Source: Tubiluchus corallicola (Eukaryota; Animalia; Priapulida). From it: a stretch of DNA of 64,000 bases. This document shows positions 27,501 to 42,400 of this stretch, piece after piece. The stretch covers positions 186,001-250,000 of the forward strand of contig JAQGDQ010000021.1 in the NCBI GenBank assembly GCA_030141605.1, given 5' to 3'. Positions within the stretch are counted from its first letter, which is position 1. Each line of letters opens with the position of its first letter. The position numbers and the translations under genes were made by a program. The notes beneath the pieces were generated by a model. That model had not been told where the DNA came from. It searched no databases and saw only the letters and a list, made by a program, of their open reading frames with translations.

Positions 27501-30500
27501 AGTTAGCTTTGTCTGCACTCATTTGTTAAACCCATTCATAGAGCGGCGTTAGCAATTGCTATTTCAATCGATTCTTTCATTTTTGCGATCTCGAAATTAG
27601 CTATACCTTAACGAGAGGTGTTTGAAACAGCCGTATACAAATTTTGTTAATTATTGCGTACCTGGTACTACCTGCTTCCAGGAAAGATTATAAGTCGTTT
27701 GCGTTATGCGTGCTTTTCGCGGCACTAAGCGTGCGTAACGATGAGTTTTCCGAAATTAGTTGCATGATGTCTGAATACGCAGTGACATTATAATAAACAA
27801 CTTTTAATAGCTGGCCGGCCTTTAATGATAATATGTTTGTAAACCGCTTTATGCGGTTAATTGTATTAAATCCTGTTGATGTGACACGGTATACGTGTAA
27901 TTTAGGAATATCAATTCATGTCATTACAAAGGATGTATCTAGAGACCTACGTATGCTGGCATGAAATTAACAAGCTTGGTTACAGCTGTAATACACATAA
28001 TAAGCTCGCTGCACAGAGTCGTGACAATGCGGAATGCTTAATGATTTTTCGTATAATTAAGAAAACTAGACGTCGGTTTATTTCGATTTCCAGTGCATGT
28101 GACAACTTTAACGGAGGCAGCAAAGGTTCTTACCAGGAGTAACGAGCACTAACGATTTGCGATTATTTTAGATGACATTATATGAACTATAAGTGAGTAT
28201 ATAATAGGATTACCCAAGTAACATACTGAAATTTTCAAAACCATCACCACAAATAAATGTTGTTACATGCGAAATGAAAAATCTTTGCTGCTTTTACCTG
28301 ATATGTCGAACAAAATATAGCCTACATGTCAGGCATTATACACACTATGGAAGTAAATCTTTTATGGCCTATAATTTATACGAAAAATCACTGCTTTTGC
28401 CACGCGGGATTGAAAAAATCTAAAGTATTGTGCACTACATTAAATAAAAGATTTGTCGTATAACGTTTGTAGGTGTGCACAGTATTATTATCTCTGGTAA
28501 AATAACGAAATTTAACACAAAAAGAGAAAAGTTGTTGTTTTAATCAAATGAAACCCTCTGTTCACAGCTCACACAAGTAATGCCTATAATATTGCTTTAT
28601 ATTACTTTACTATTATATTGGGCTATTAGATTGTTTTACTATTTTATCAGGTTATATTTGAATGCGTTGTATTAATTACAGTCTCCAGTTGAAAAACATT
28701 GCTGAGGTAGTCGAAACAGTTTGGGTTTTAATAAATGATATATATAATACGCCCGCTGAATCAAGTCTTGTTCATGTCAGAATAGTCCCGCGTACTGATA
28801 AAGGACATCAGACAAGACTGGTCACGGATGCCGGGCCTTTTGAGATTTGGGCCTTTTTCACAGGTGACTAAAAATTCTGAGCGCATCACCAATGCCTTGT
28901 TAAAATTGTTAAGTAGGCCTACACCACAATCCACAATCTAGTAATTTGTAAACTACTGGAGAATTGTAACATGAAGAAAAGATTCGTACTTGTATTTATA
29001 AAAAATATTTGTATGGAAACTTGTTTTATGAAATTAGTTGAAAAATTACAGAATATGTTCAAATATTCCGCATCTCTTTGAATCTTGCTATCCCCTTTCT
29101 ATTCCCTCAGGTCGCACTGGCCTTTTGTACCGAATTTTGCTTCTTTCAAGACTGATATAGCATTTAAGGCGCTATATCTCATATACATATTATAATATCC
29201 GCCGAAAATATAAAATTATTGTAATATTAAATATTATAATAATAACATTATATTATTATTCCGTAAAATGAGTAATTACCTGAACATTACACTGTAAATT
29301 CTAACACCATGGTTACTGACACAGCTGAGTTTGCTTTATCTGACATTGATTCATATCCAAAACCAGGAGTTTGTTTTCAACGAAATATTGCTAGTCACGG
29401 ATTAATCTGGTTTGCACGCAGTTGGATAGTCCTTTTGGAACTTTTACCTTCGGAACAGTTTATGGAAAGGGGTACTGGAATGCTTGTGTTTCATCTCATA
29501 CTGGGGTTCAGTATTCAGTAATAACGTGAGGCACCTACTGACGCCAGTGAGTAATTATATGCACTCCCAGGTATTGCACTGGTGAACTATTGTGACAATT
29601 ATTAACATCAATATTAGCATTCCGTGTGGCAGGTTGCACTTTGAACGTTCTAACTTCTATTGATGACGCATGTTGCAGTGTAGATTCATTGAATACACAG
29701 AACTGTCATGGGATGATATAGCCATATTGTTATCGCTGACTGCTGCATGACATTAATTAGCATTTATGGTTTCTCCACTGAACCCTTGGTTAAGGGACGG
29801 CCTAGAGGTCAGAAACTAATAGCAATTAGCCATCTTATTGTGTAGTTTCCTGTAGGTCTTGCAGAACAAAATTATGTGTTTTTGCGGTTAATGCGGTCTA
29901 CATTCTGTATTGTAATTAGTCTGCGTTCCTTTATTATTGAATACCACAATTACAAATTTAATCGTGCCAAAAATCAACAGACAGCCTTAAATTACGTAAA
30001 TATTTAAAAATTAAAGCATTTATAAATAATTTTGCAAAATAGAACTAGAAATTTCGCCAAGAATTTTTATAAGCATACGTGATTGTTCACAGCTTTATTA
30101 CGGTATGAAGCTTGAATTCTTAGTACTTTTAAAACTTTTCGTACTCGCAAAATTAAGCAGCACTAGTTAGGGTGCACGCGACTGTCAGGAAGACTGTTTC
30201 TGGGTGGTTTCACCTTACACACTGGCCATAATACTTCTTTTGTTGAAAGAGAATGTACGAACGTCCCAACATAGTTCAGATAGTTAAGGTATATACATTA
30301 GCCATGACATTGGCTAAAATACAGTTAATCTTTAATTCATTCATTAATCATACATTAAAACAAATATATGGCGCACTTTCAGAAACAAACTATATTAGAA
30401 ATATCTTTTTCGTGAAAAATTTTGCCATGACTCAGTTTTCAGGTCAGCATGACGATAAAACAATTAACCTGAATTGGGTGTGCCAGGCTAATGGTTTAAG

Positions 30501-31316
30501 CAGTCTGGCTTCTGCGAAGCATTGGCTACACAGGTGGTAAACATGTTTACGGAATTTAACACCTGGAAGGCTTCCTCTCCCAATCAACACTCGTAATTTT
30601 ATTTTAAGTACAAACAGGTGACGTAGGTAATATCGTGAAAAGGGATTCGTCAGTAAATGGATCACTGGAGCATTTTGGACAGGTAGCGAACAGCGATTAA
30701 TAGCCTAAATTTTGGAATGATGAGGAAATACAGGTGACTCCAACAGCCGTAAAGAAGCAGTACTCTAAAAATCTTATATTTTTGCCCGAGGATGGCGTTA
30801 TATAGCTGTATATAGAAAATTAGTCAGTTGCAAAGATTTCTTGAATTTCGTAAGGGCAATAGGTCAACGCTTATCAAGAGTAGATTCGTTTCCCAGCTAA
30901 AGGCTCTCCCGTAGAGAAGTTTTTCCCCAGAAAAACTCATCAAAACTTTTTTTGCCAGAAAAACCTACTTCTCAGAAAAAAGATTTTCCCGGAATTGCCA
31001 TTTCAGGCATATGAGGGTAGACTCGTTCCCCAGAAGAGGTTTTTCGCTGGATGAAACTTGGCATACTTATTCATCTTGGGGCGTGAAGAATAACCGAGTG
31101 GTCACGATATGTACTTGCCTACCGAAGTTTAGGAATGCCGAGCCTTCCAAATTTTTTACTACGGCTTAGGAATCTCACACTTGGGAGGCTTCTTTCACTA
31201 CAAAGCCGAATCTCAGCCAAAAACGGCACATCATGACTGTCTGCTGTACTTCATGCCATTGCGTCATTTTCAATCATTCTGGGTCAATTTTCAATCATTC
31301 TCAGTCAATAAATATG

Positions 31317-32560
<1,244 letters not shown>

Positions 32561-33291
32561 TATTCTTCCGCTGTAGATCGATCTTACGATTCAGAATCTA
32601 TACGTGCACTCGTACAGGCATAAATTAGCCTTCTTAATTAATTAGAGCGGAAATGGATGGTCGCATATGATTATATGCATAGTAATGGAATACGTAATAA
32701 GAATTAAAATATTGTGTAATTTGTGTTATTCACTAACGTCACTCTTGCCACAGACCTGCTGATTTCTTATTGGTGGTGTTGTTAGTAGTAGTGGCGACAT
32801 TGGTGCTATTGCTACTGGCATCGCTTCATCACTTTGCTCGTTGATATTTCCGTCACCACCGAAGTTGAAATAATTTCTGTATTGTAAATTGTTACTTCAA
32901 GTTTGATTAAAATATTTAATCTGAGATTATAAATTTTGGTTGTGAATGCTGTGAGAGACCTCATTGAACTTTTAACATTTTGTCAAATAGGCTGAGTAAA
33001 GCTTTAATGGCAAATGTAATGATATGATGGCGATCCTAGTTCAAAGTCAAATTCATCTTGTTAAAATGTATTTCTCATTTTACACGTAAATTATTCTTCT
33101 GTCCTGCGATATCATTGCAGTTGACATTCATACATGACACTAGAAGTATAGGTTCGGTCCTTGATAGAGTCAAGTGTCATTACATAACAATTATTATGAC
33201 TTACTATATGTATTATATGCAGGCAGCAGGTGTATTGTTATACGTACTTGTATTAGCCTATTGGTCAGCTACAGCTAACATGCATATATGG

Positions 33292-33541
<250 letters not shown>

Positions 33542-33836
33542 CAGGAAGAGGCGAAATCAGAAAAAAAGTGTTGAAGAAAGATGACGGTGCTGGACGACAG
33601 AAAAAAACGAAAACAAAGATTTCAGAAATTCTTACCTTACCTTGTTGCAAATGTACAATACATTACTAGTGTGATACGAGTATGTTGATATTCTTGAATT
33701 AAAATCACGAATAAGAGCAAAATTTTAGCCTTACCGTCGCACTTCAATGTTTACGCTCGATGCTTTCTTTCAGCACACTGTGACTGTCAGAACAGGTAAT
33801 GCAATTAAATGCACGTGTTTATTCACTATCTATCTA

Positions 33837-33850
33837 GTTACCATGGTTAC
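33837..33850. promoter_or_regulatory. RFX X-box in a CpG-rich promoter-like patch
   Basis: GTTACCATGGTTAC (reverse complement GTAACCATGGTAAC) fits the X-box consensus. Adjacent GCGCGCGACGACG, a forkhead-type TGTTTAC at ~33748, and strong minus-strand donors at 33734 and 33640/33635. Confidence 0.6.
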
Positions 33851-35782
33851 AGCGCGCGACGACGAAATTGGAAATTTCTACTATGACAAAGGCGCGTAAC
33901 CCGAGTTTTTATTATTTTACGTACTCGTTTAACTTTTAATTTTACCGTTTTATGGTCACATAACTTCATGACCTTATGCACAAAGTGTTTTAAAGGCCGA
34001 TGTACTTGAAGCTTAAAAAGATCATTTTCTTTCAGAAATTGAGCAATTGTGACCTATTTGGCTTAATGAACACTTTAAACAGGGTATGTAAAGTTAACTT
34101 ACGAACACAATTACACAACTAACGTTTTTTTTACAAATCTGTATCAAGATCAGTGATTGAAGCATAGGGTATAGGGCGAGACAAAGGGTATGCCTTAGTA
34201 TACATAGTGTGCACTTAAAGAGAAGCCTGGATTCTGGGTTCAGTACTCACTGTGGGTGATTTAATTTACCCTACTGACTCATGAATGTGTCGGTTTATCG
34301 TTTAGAAGCAGAAGGCATTCAGACCCGAGTGTCACTTGGGTCTGCTTTTTTGTTATTGCTACGATTATTGGAATTGAGTGAGCCTTGCTGTTGAATGCTG
34401 ATTTCCGGTTTGCAGTGCTGAATTGTATAAAAAAATGGTTAAACAGTAGAAAAGAAATTAAAAAATTTCACAATTGGATGACATACAATAGTTATATGTG
34501 TATTATAGAAAGAGTGAGCATGAGGTTACTGTCGAGTATGTACCATAATGGAGAGGATAAATGAAACTGTTTTTTGAGCAGCTATTGCAACCGACTACAA
34601 ATTATAACTGTTCGAAATTGTCAATGTGCGTGTAATCCTAATCGAAATTTTAATACAAAAGCTTTCTTTGTTGCATCGAAATGACATTTCCAAAACTCAT
34701 TGCATCAAAATGAAGTCTAATAGCCTATGGATAAGTTTGAATTTAGTAGAGTACTAAGAGTAATGACTCTTGTGAGTTATTTTTGATCTTGGTCACTTAA
34801 GGCTGCTCCACTGGCGTTCTCTCATATAATAGCCCACGTGTCACAAGCGTACCATACTTTCTACGCCAAATTTGCACTTGGAAATGACACCTCACCCACT
34901 GATTGGTATCGATAGTAACTTGTCACGACTATAGAACTATATGCCACTATATGCCATCTGTTGTCTCTGTCAAAATATAGTAACTTAATTTTAGGTTTTT
35001 GTCTCCCTTAATCTTCAATTGATTTCTTCAGGTCAGTTGACACAGTTCAAGCTTTGCTATGTTTTTTCTTTTATATAATAGGACTATACGAAGTGATACA
35101 GTTGAGCATTTGTGAAATATAGCATTAAATTTATTATATTAAAATGACCTTAGAATGACCAATATGAAAGTAGTACTATATATTCATTATCAATTTTTGT
35201 TCTTATTTTATTTTTCTCATATACACACATCGCCTCAGTAGAAAAGTGGAGATGTGAATACCCTATACAAATAGAATTGCTACTGATAAGTAAGAGGTTC
35301 CACTATTATAGCCCTTATCCTAAATGGTCACACTGCTCTTGTCTTTTTTGTAATTATTATGAAGATCAAGGGTTCATAATTCTGAGCGGATACAGTGACG
35401 TCTTAAATCCCATATATGAGGCCAACGGTAAGTTGGTGGCGATGATTACAGTGTGCAATCAGTGCAGTAGGTGTCAGCTGCCAAGTTACCAACTGAAAAC
35501 AAGGCTTCACTGCTGTAGTCGTTCAAATGCATTTGCCCCGTGTGCCATGCGTGTGTGTATGTTTCTGTTACAACGTCATAAAACTCATTATGTGTTTGTA
35601 AATTAAATTACGGTCACTTATTTCCATTAGTCGTTTTACTTAGGTACCACACAAACTGGGATTCGTAAAAGCTTTTAAACTGTACATTAGCAAAATAAAG
35701 CGGCGCTAATAAAGAGCATCCGCTTTTCATCGAAATTTACCCAGGTGATGTTTGTCTGCATGCCCACAAAAAAACAAGCAGA

Positions 35783-35915
35783 TGCGCGCGCGAAGCCAAT
35801 TATTAGTGTTGACGTCAGCAGCAGGAAGAGCTTCCGGTTGCAAGATAAGGGGCTAAAGTAGTAAACAAGAGCTTTACCTGTTTTAGAGGCAGCTGAGAAC
35901 GAGATTTAATGGCGG
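35783..35915. promoter_or_regulatory. Housekeeping-type promoter motif cluster with no assigned gene
   Basis: TGCGCGCGCG, CCAAT (35796-35800), full CRE TGACGTCA (35810-35817), ETS CTTCCGG (35831-35837) and YY1-like AATGGCGG (~35908-35915) within 130 bp of AT-rich DNA. Confidence 0.45.
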
Positions 35916-36149
35916 AGTTAAGCAATTATTCAGGACAATAGCGCGTGAGCAAACAAAACAGTTAAATGCAACAGTTATGTAAAAAATATTAAAATCTGTC
36001 TCAGATTTTGGTGTTGCTCACTGTACGAGTCAAGTTTACTATTTACAGAGTATTCGGGTTAGTACATTGGGACTAACTTCATACACTTACGAGTTGGAAA
36101 ATGCCTCCTAAATTGGAAGCACCCTTCAAGCAAGCAAAATCTGAAAGTA

Positions 36150-36475
36150 CTCAACAGAAATCCTAGGTTCAAATCCTGGCTGAGAGTGAATCTTTCACTG
36201 CTTTTCTTTGCCAACTGGGAAAGAACGTATCACTAATTAATAATTTGACATCACACTCACATCAATTAGTTAATTACCCTGCACTTTACACAGTTGCGTA
36301 CAAGCATGCACGCAGTCAAACACACATTTGGTTAGGGATGATTGTAAATGTTGAGATAGCTGTTTGTTTTAAAACAATTTCTAACAAGTCTTACATGGTA
36401 TAAGGAATCCTCAGGTTCAAATCCCCGCAGACGATCGATTTTTACACTGCTTTCTTTCTTGCCAAGTGGGGGTAG
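36150..36475 (+). mobile_element. Two degenerate tRNA-derived SINE-like heads
   Basis: Pol III B-box GGTTCAAATCC at ~36166 and ~36414, each followed by related CACTGCTTT(T)CTTT..GCCAA.TGGG. No complete cloverleaf. Confidence 0.5.
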
Positions 36476-38326
36476 TATCTATCAGTGTCAAAAGAGAATG
36501 TCGTTATTCATTTGATAGCTATGTCGTTAATCATTTGACAGCCAGTTAATTGTTAATGAACTACTGTAATTGCATCTCTTTAGTAACACCACTGGTTTGA
36601 TCTAAGCATACCCCATTTATAATTACAATTCATCGCTTTACATACATGTTATCTGATTATTCCTTGCAAAATAATAAAAGAACTATCTTCCGGTCATTAA
36701 TGAGCGTTTTATTGTGCAAGGTATGCAGAGCATTGAAAGTAAGAGAAATATAATATACATCTCATTATAACAAAACGATATTGTATTACTGATGAGTATC
36801 AATTTCACGCTTTGAACCATGCTATACAGCTCTGCTAGGCAGCTGTGATATTGTATGCTGAGCTTCGTCAATAGAATAATGAATGGCTTCGGAAAATATC
36901 AAAGTACGTGCAAGACAAACTGGCATGCATACAGTTTACAGCCATTAATGATACATACTGATATACAAGGACAGGCAAATAAAAAATGGATCGACACTGC
37001 TTGCAGAGACACATATCTCGCTTCTAACAAAGTATGAATGGCTGTTTTTTCTTATTTGTGTAACATGTTCTATTATTATACTGTTTAATTTCCACTTTTC
37101 GGGATTGAAATGTCAGTAACTGATGCACATTTTTCTCTGTTTACTACAGGACAGCACATTCTGTGAGAATACTGGAACTAGTGCCCTTTCTTGTTCTTTA
37201 ATTTCACAGTTTACGCAACAAGTTTCTACATTCTCCTAGGGTGACATCTATCTTCAAGTGCTTGCAAAATTATCATGCATGCCACATCTTCTCGGACTAA
37301 TTACAACACTGAACTACGTAAAGAGTTAGTGTAAGAAGTTTTGAACTGCTGTGATTCTACATAATGTTCAACTGCACTACTGTGCAGGCATAAGTTTTAT
37401 TTGCATGTAACCTGACTAAATTTCTATGGAACCTTAACGAGCTTCACACTCTACCAAAAGAATGAGTTTACCCAGCTGTTTAAACAGGTCAAACAACACT
37501 AGTGTGTTTGGCATGAATTTGCAGTGGGGAAGCTGATAATATCAGATTGTCGTATAAAAAATGGGCAACAATATTTTTCTCGGCCTGTGAAAAAACTGTC
37601 TGAAAATTTCTACATTCGTTGCAAAACTTGAAATGACACCTTCGGAGCAGATAGAAGACCTGCCAAGAAAGGGAGGACAAACTATCAGAAAGATCTAAAG
37701 ATTGTGAAACAAGGGGTCATCGTGTATGTGCTTGACCATAAAGTTAAGCTCTGTTAAAGCTGGTCAGTAAATGGAGATTGCCAGGAACTTTTGGGCAGTT
37801 TTATTTGCCTTGCTGCTCATCTTAGTGGGGAGGATGTATAAATATATTATCTCATTTTAAAGGGATCAAAGCACTGCTATTGAGTGCTGGATCAGCATCT
37901 TTGTAAAGGTGCAAGAGAAGGAGAGGAGCAAAAGAAATGATGTTACACAATCGTAGATTTGAGTCATTTATTTATGTCACTATATAGCAAGTAGCAGTAT
38001 TGTGTATACTATATACTGTACTCCCTTGCCTTTACATATATGTAAATAAAACATGAACATTTTAAGTGCATTACATAAATTATAATGTATAAATGTAAAC
38101 AACAACAAAAAATAGGACATTGCCTCTTCATAATAATATTTCCTTATAAGATTACACTCTTGATCTGTGAGAATATGATGTACACACAAAGTAATTGATT
38201 TAGGTATCAAAGATGGCCTGATGAAGAGACTTAATTTATGTCAATATCAGCTGAGTGAAATCTCCATTAACTAGGCAGACACAAGCTTTTTGCAGAAGTA
38301 TTATTATGTGCTGGCTGCAAGTGAGA

Positions 38327-38992
38327 CAACCCTGGATTAACCATTAGTAAGCACATGCTTAGGGCCTCAGGGGAAGATGGGCCCTTAACAGCTTTTTCGG
38401 AAATTGATTACCCAAAAATAAAATATACCAGCGGCGCTTTCTGTGTTTGTTTAAAATACGATGGTACGGATATAATATATTATTATATATATTATATATT
38501 GTTATACATATATATGTATATATATATTATATATAATATTAAATGGACTAACATTGATTTCTGTAAGAAAACTGTTAAGCAAATGTTTGTATTTGTATTT
38601 TTCACTCATATAAATTTCCTTTAGAAATGAAAACGAAGGAGTTATCTTTGCACTGTGTTTCCTAAGATAAATCTTATTCACTATATATTATGCTAATCTT
38701 TGTAATAATCTGCTCTATGTTTATTGATATCCAGTTTGCAGTAGACATGCTGAATGGCTATACTTTTATAAGATTTAGAGTTGCCTCTGTATTTTTAATC
38801 AAATACAATGTAATGTAAAGCTGATTTAATTGTACTGTAAATAAATCTTAGCCCTACTGCAATTTTTTTTCATTTCGAACGATAAAATTTTGTTTTACAG
38901 TTTAGTATTGTTTTTATTTGGAATTTACGCATATATGGGGTAGCGTGATCTTTTCAATGCTTAAAGCCTCTTGAGGTCTTAATCCAGCCTTC
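38327..38992. mobile_element. hAT-type MITE with 8-bp TSD
   Basis: Exact TSD AAGTGAGA at 38319-38326 and 38993-39000. Imperfect TIRs CAACCCTGGATTAA / TTAATCCAGCCTTC. Confidence 0.8.
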
Positions 38993-39039
38993 AAGTGAGA
39001 TCTGTAGTAATCAACTCAGTAGAGAATGAAGTAAACTAT

Positions 39040-39450
39040 TAAATTTGAAGGACACAGAGTCCCAGATAGGAGTGTGCAGTTGATGATACTTCCCCAGGGA
39101 TAAACAGTTACATACACATACATTACGAATTATGTGTTTGGCACAGACATTAAAGATGGAGCGGAGCCTGCCAATCTGGTGAGACTATTTTTGAATATAA
39201 AATTCCATATGATGAGATGATGGCAAGTTTCATTATGTCATTTTGCATTTTAAGTGTATTGTAATTGTCAGCAGAAGTAAAACTGCAACTGCTGATCTCA
39301 AATGGAATGAACAACACCTCAAAATTTTGTTTTTCAAGATCTGATATTGAAGCGGCATGTCTGTTTATTTTAAGAACTTCGGCTTTTTGAATATTTTCTG
39401 GAATATCGAATGGAATGAAAATTGAACATTTGCGAAACAAACGATGACAT
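39040..39450 (-). mobile_element. 5'-truncated RLE-class non-LTR retrotransposon (copy 2)
   Basis: ORF 39150-39440 IPFDIPENIQKAEVLKINRHAASISDLEKQNFEVLFIPFEISS...MKLAIISSYGILYSK..PDWQAP is clearly homologous to 31684-31990 and has the same 3' UTR motif. Confidence 0.8.
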
Positions 39451-39451
39451 G

Positions 39452-42400
39452 TTACGATATGTAAGAAAATTCAGATCTATATGAGTGATTAACAGGAGCA
39501 TATCTATCCATTTCACTTGGAGTTCTAGTGATATCTGTTCCACTGGAGAACTGACTAGTATCATCATTATCATCAGCTTCTGTGATACTTGTTCCACTAG
39601 AGGAATGACTTGTATCAGCCTCCTCTGCCTCTTCAGCAAACTCTTCTTGCACTAAGCTGTTCTCTTTCAAAAGTTCACTACGGTACTTCTTCAACAGAAG
39701 ACGCTCATTGTAACTTAACGCCCTCTTATTGAAGTTAACTTCTGTGTTGCCTTGACTAGCCTGCAGTGTTGTTGTACTGGTCTCAACATCAACTGCTACA
39801 ATGTTAAGAAAACTTAGTTTATATTTTCAGCAACTTTTTTATAAAACACTATCTGGAAGATGTACAGATTGGCTTGGTGCCATCTATGAATGAAATGTAA
39901 TTATAACACTTGTGAACCTATGACACTTAAATAGTGCTGAAGACAGAATATGATCGGGGGTCAAAATACACTTTAGACATAGCTGATAACAATATAATAT
40001 TTAGAAATTGACGAAAAGTTTTGTGCAGGTAGAAATAAACTGTCTTGGTCTTCGCATGAACTCACTGGTATCTCTAGCACTTTTAACAATACACGCACTT
40101 AAGTGGAAAAACACAAGCAAGATGCTACTGTATCAGAAGTTTTCAGCTGAATCACAAAATTACAAATAATGTATGGTCAGAAATAATCTTGGAAAATGTC
40201 AAACATGGAGGTAATCAAATAAATTTATATTTTGTAACTTTTATGCACTTGAAACTGCTGACATCATTTACAACTGTGGAAAATAAAAACACTACTCGCC
40301 AAACGTTCAACAAGCACTGAATACCATAACGTTTGAATATTTCACAAAGTAAAACTGTGCACTGGCTGTAATCTTTTGTTTCATAAACATTTGCTACGTG
40401 GAACCTTTTTTGTTGCTTTTTTGTATGATGATAGCATTTTTCTGGAAGAAGAGCAAGGCCCACGTTGACGTTGTGATCAATCACAGCTAGCCTAATTCTC
40501 ATAAACATGTTTTCTAGAGGGAAATAACGTTTTTTTTGGGTGCATACTTTAGTAAAATGCTATGAAACAACACAAATGCATATATAAATGTATGAATAAA
40601 AAAATGCAATTTTCTAATTGCTTTAATAAACTCTGTGTCTGTCAGTACCCGTGAAAGCTTTTCATAACATTTGCTGTTTGCATGAAACCAAATTTTCTCT
40701 TTTTGTTATTTTGACGTCAGCTCTTTATGATCACAATGTTGCTCAGTTCATTGTACCAAGCATGTTTATTAACACAGTGTTGGAGAACGGACTGGAAGTG
40801 TTTCACTAAATCATCAGCATCACCGGGGCATGTCAGTGAAGCCCACCTCAAGTGATTACAATTTTGACCATATCTGAAACATACGCTTATCTCTTTTCTG
40901 AGAAGCTCTAGGTAGTTTTCTCTGCAAATTCATGCCATACATCAGAGATGAGCTCCATCTCATTGTATTTCTCAGACTTCATTAGTTTCGTTATACTTGA
41001 ATGCTAATGTAGCAGCATTTACGTTTTTTCTTTCAACTCTTGCATAGCTCTCTCAGAACCAGCTGCTTCCATCATAGAGTTACACCCACCTGTCTAGCTT
41101 CTCGACCAGCTACATAGAAACTATCAAACCTGTATGGTGTTCCTTTAGACTGTACGAACCCTGGCAGCTAGTGAAAACTTTCTGGGCTAATACAGTAATT
41201 ACAGATGCCGTAACTCTTTCTGGCTAAATTTCATGAAAATTACATTTCAGAGTTAGTGACCTACAATTTTACTGCAATTTTCAAGGATTTTTTAAATAAT
41301 AATAAGAATTATGTCTCGTGCCCACACAGTGCAACCTGACAGTGATGCATTTGTTTACAAAAGTGTCATTTGACAAGCAGAAAACAGCGCATGCAGTGAA
41401 TTTCAAGCACGCCTCAATGATGAACTAGTCCGGCGCGAGATACCAGTGACGCCACCGTAAAACTTTTGCACCCTGTACCTCGTTACTAATTTTTTTTGGT
41501 TCTAGCATATAGTGGATTGAACTAGTTGACAACAAAACTGTGATGTGAGCTTAACACTAAAAATGACTTCATTGCTGCTTTACTTCAGTATCAATGACAT
41601 ATCTGCATTATTTTGTTCATTTACTAACTGGCTAATAATGCAAACTTATAAGGATGAATGAAATTAATAATTAATAAAAGAATGTTTTGCACTTACCATC
41701 TGATTGTTTATGTACAGCTTTTTGTTGTCCTAAATTCTCTCTATAAGTAAACGTACTATCAGTTCCAGCATTTTTACTAAGAGGCAAAATTTCTGTATTG
41801 CAGTGGTGTTCGTTTGCAATGGAGTTGTCTGGAACCCATGCCTAAAATATTATTACATTAGTGTACGGTACATTAATGTGATCCATAGATGTATCTGTTA
41901 TCTACCTATGAAATATGTGTAGGCAGGCAAAATATACTCCAATCAAATCTGAATAGGTGAAATGTAGTATAATTACATTTAGCACATTATGTGTCTAAAA
42001 TATGAGTTCAACACCTTAAAATGAAACAGTGCATTATGTAATGTACATTATATATGTAATATCGAACACGTGTAACATAGTGATCAATCATATGAAAAAT
42101 ACAGGTGTGCACTATCTAAAGACTCTAAACATGTATAACATTGTCCAGTGCTACACTGACCTGCCTAAAACTTAAACTAAAACTAAAACAAGTGGCTTGT
42201 CTGGCAATAGCAGTAGCAATATATAATCTGTACTTAATCCACATAATGTAAATTTGTGTTTGTAAAGTCTTTAGGAAACTGATATCATAGTATGTATACA
42301 AATGTATGAGTTCAATTCCAGAATAAATTTGAAACATTTACCACGCTATACATTGATGTTATATAGAAGCGAGAAAAATAAACACAAAAAATTGAAAATG

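Noticed and set aside
36150-36475. Possible tRNA genes
   Set aside because: Only the B-box/T-arm is recognisable; there is no acceptor stem or anticodon arm, so they are treated as SINE relics.
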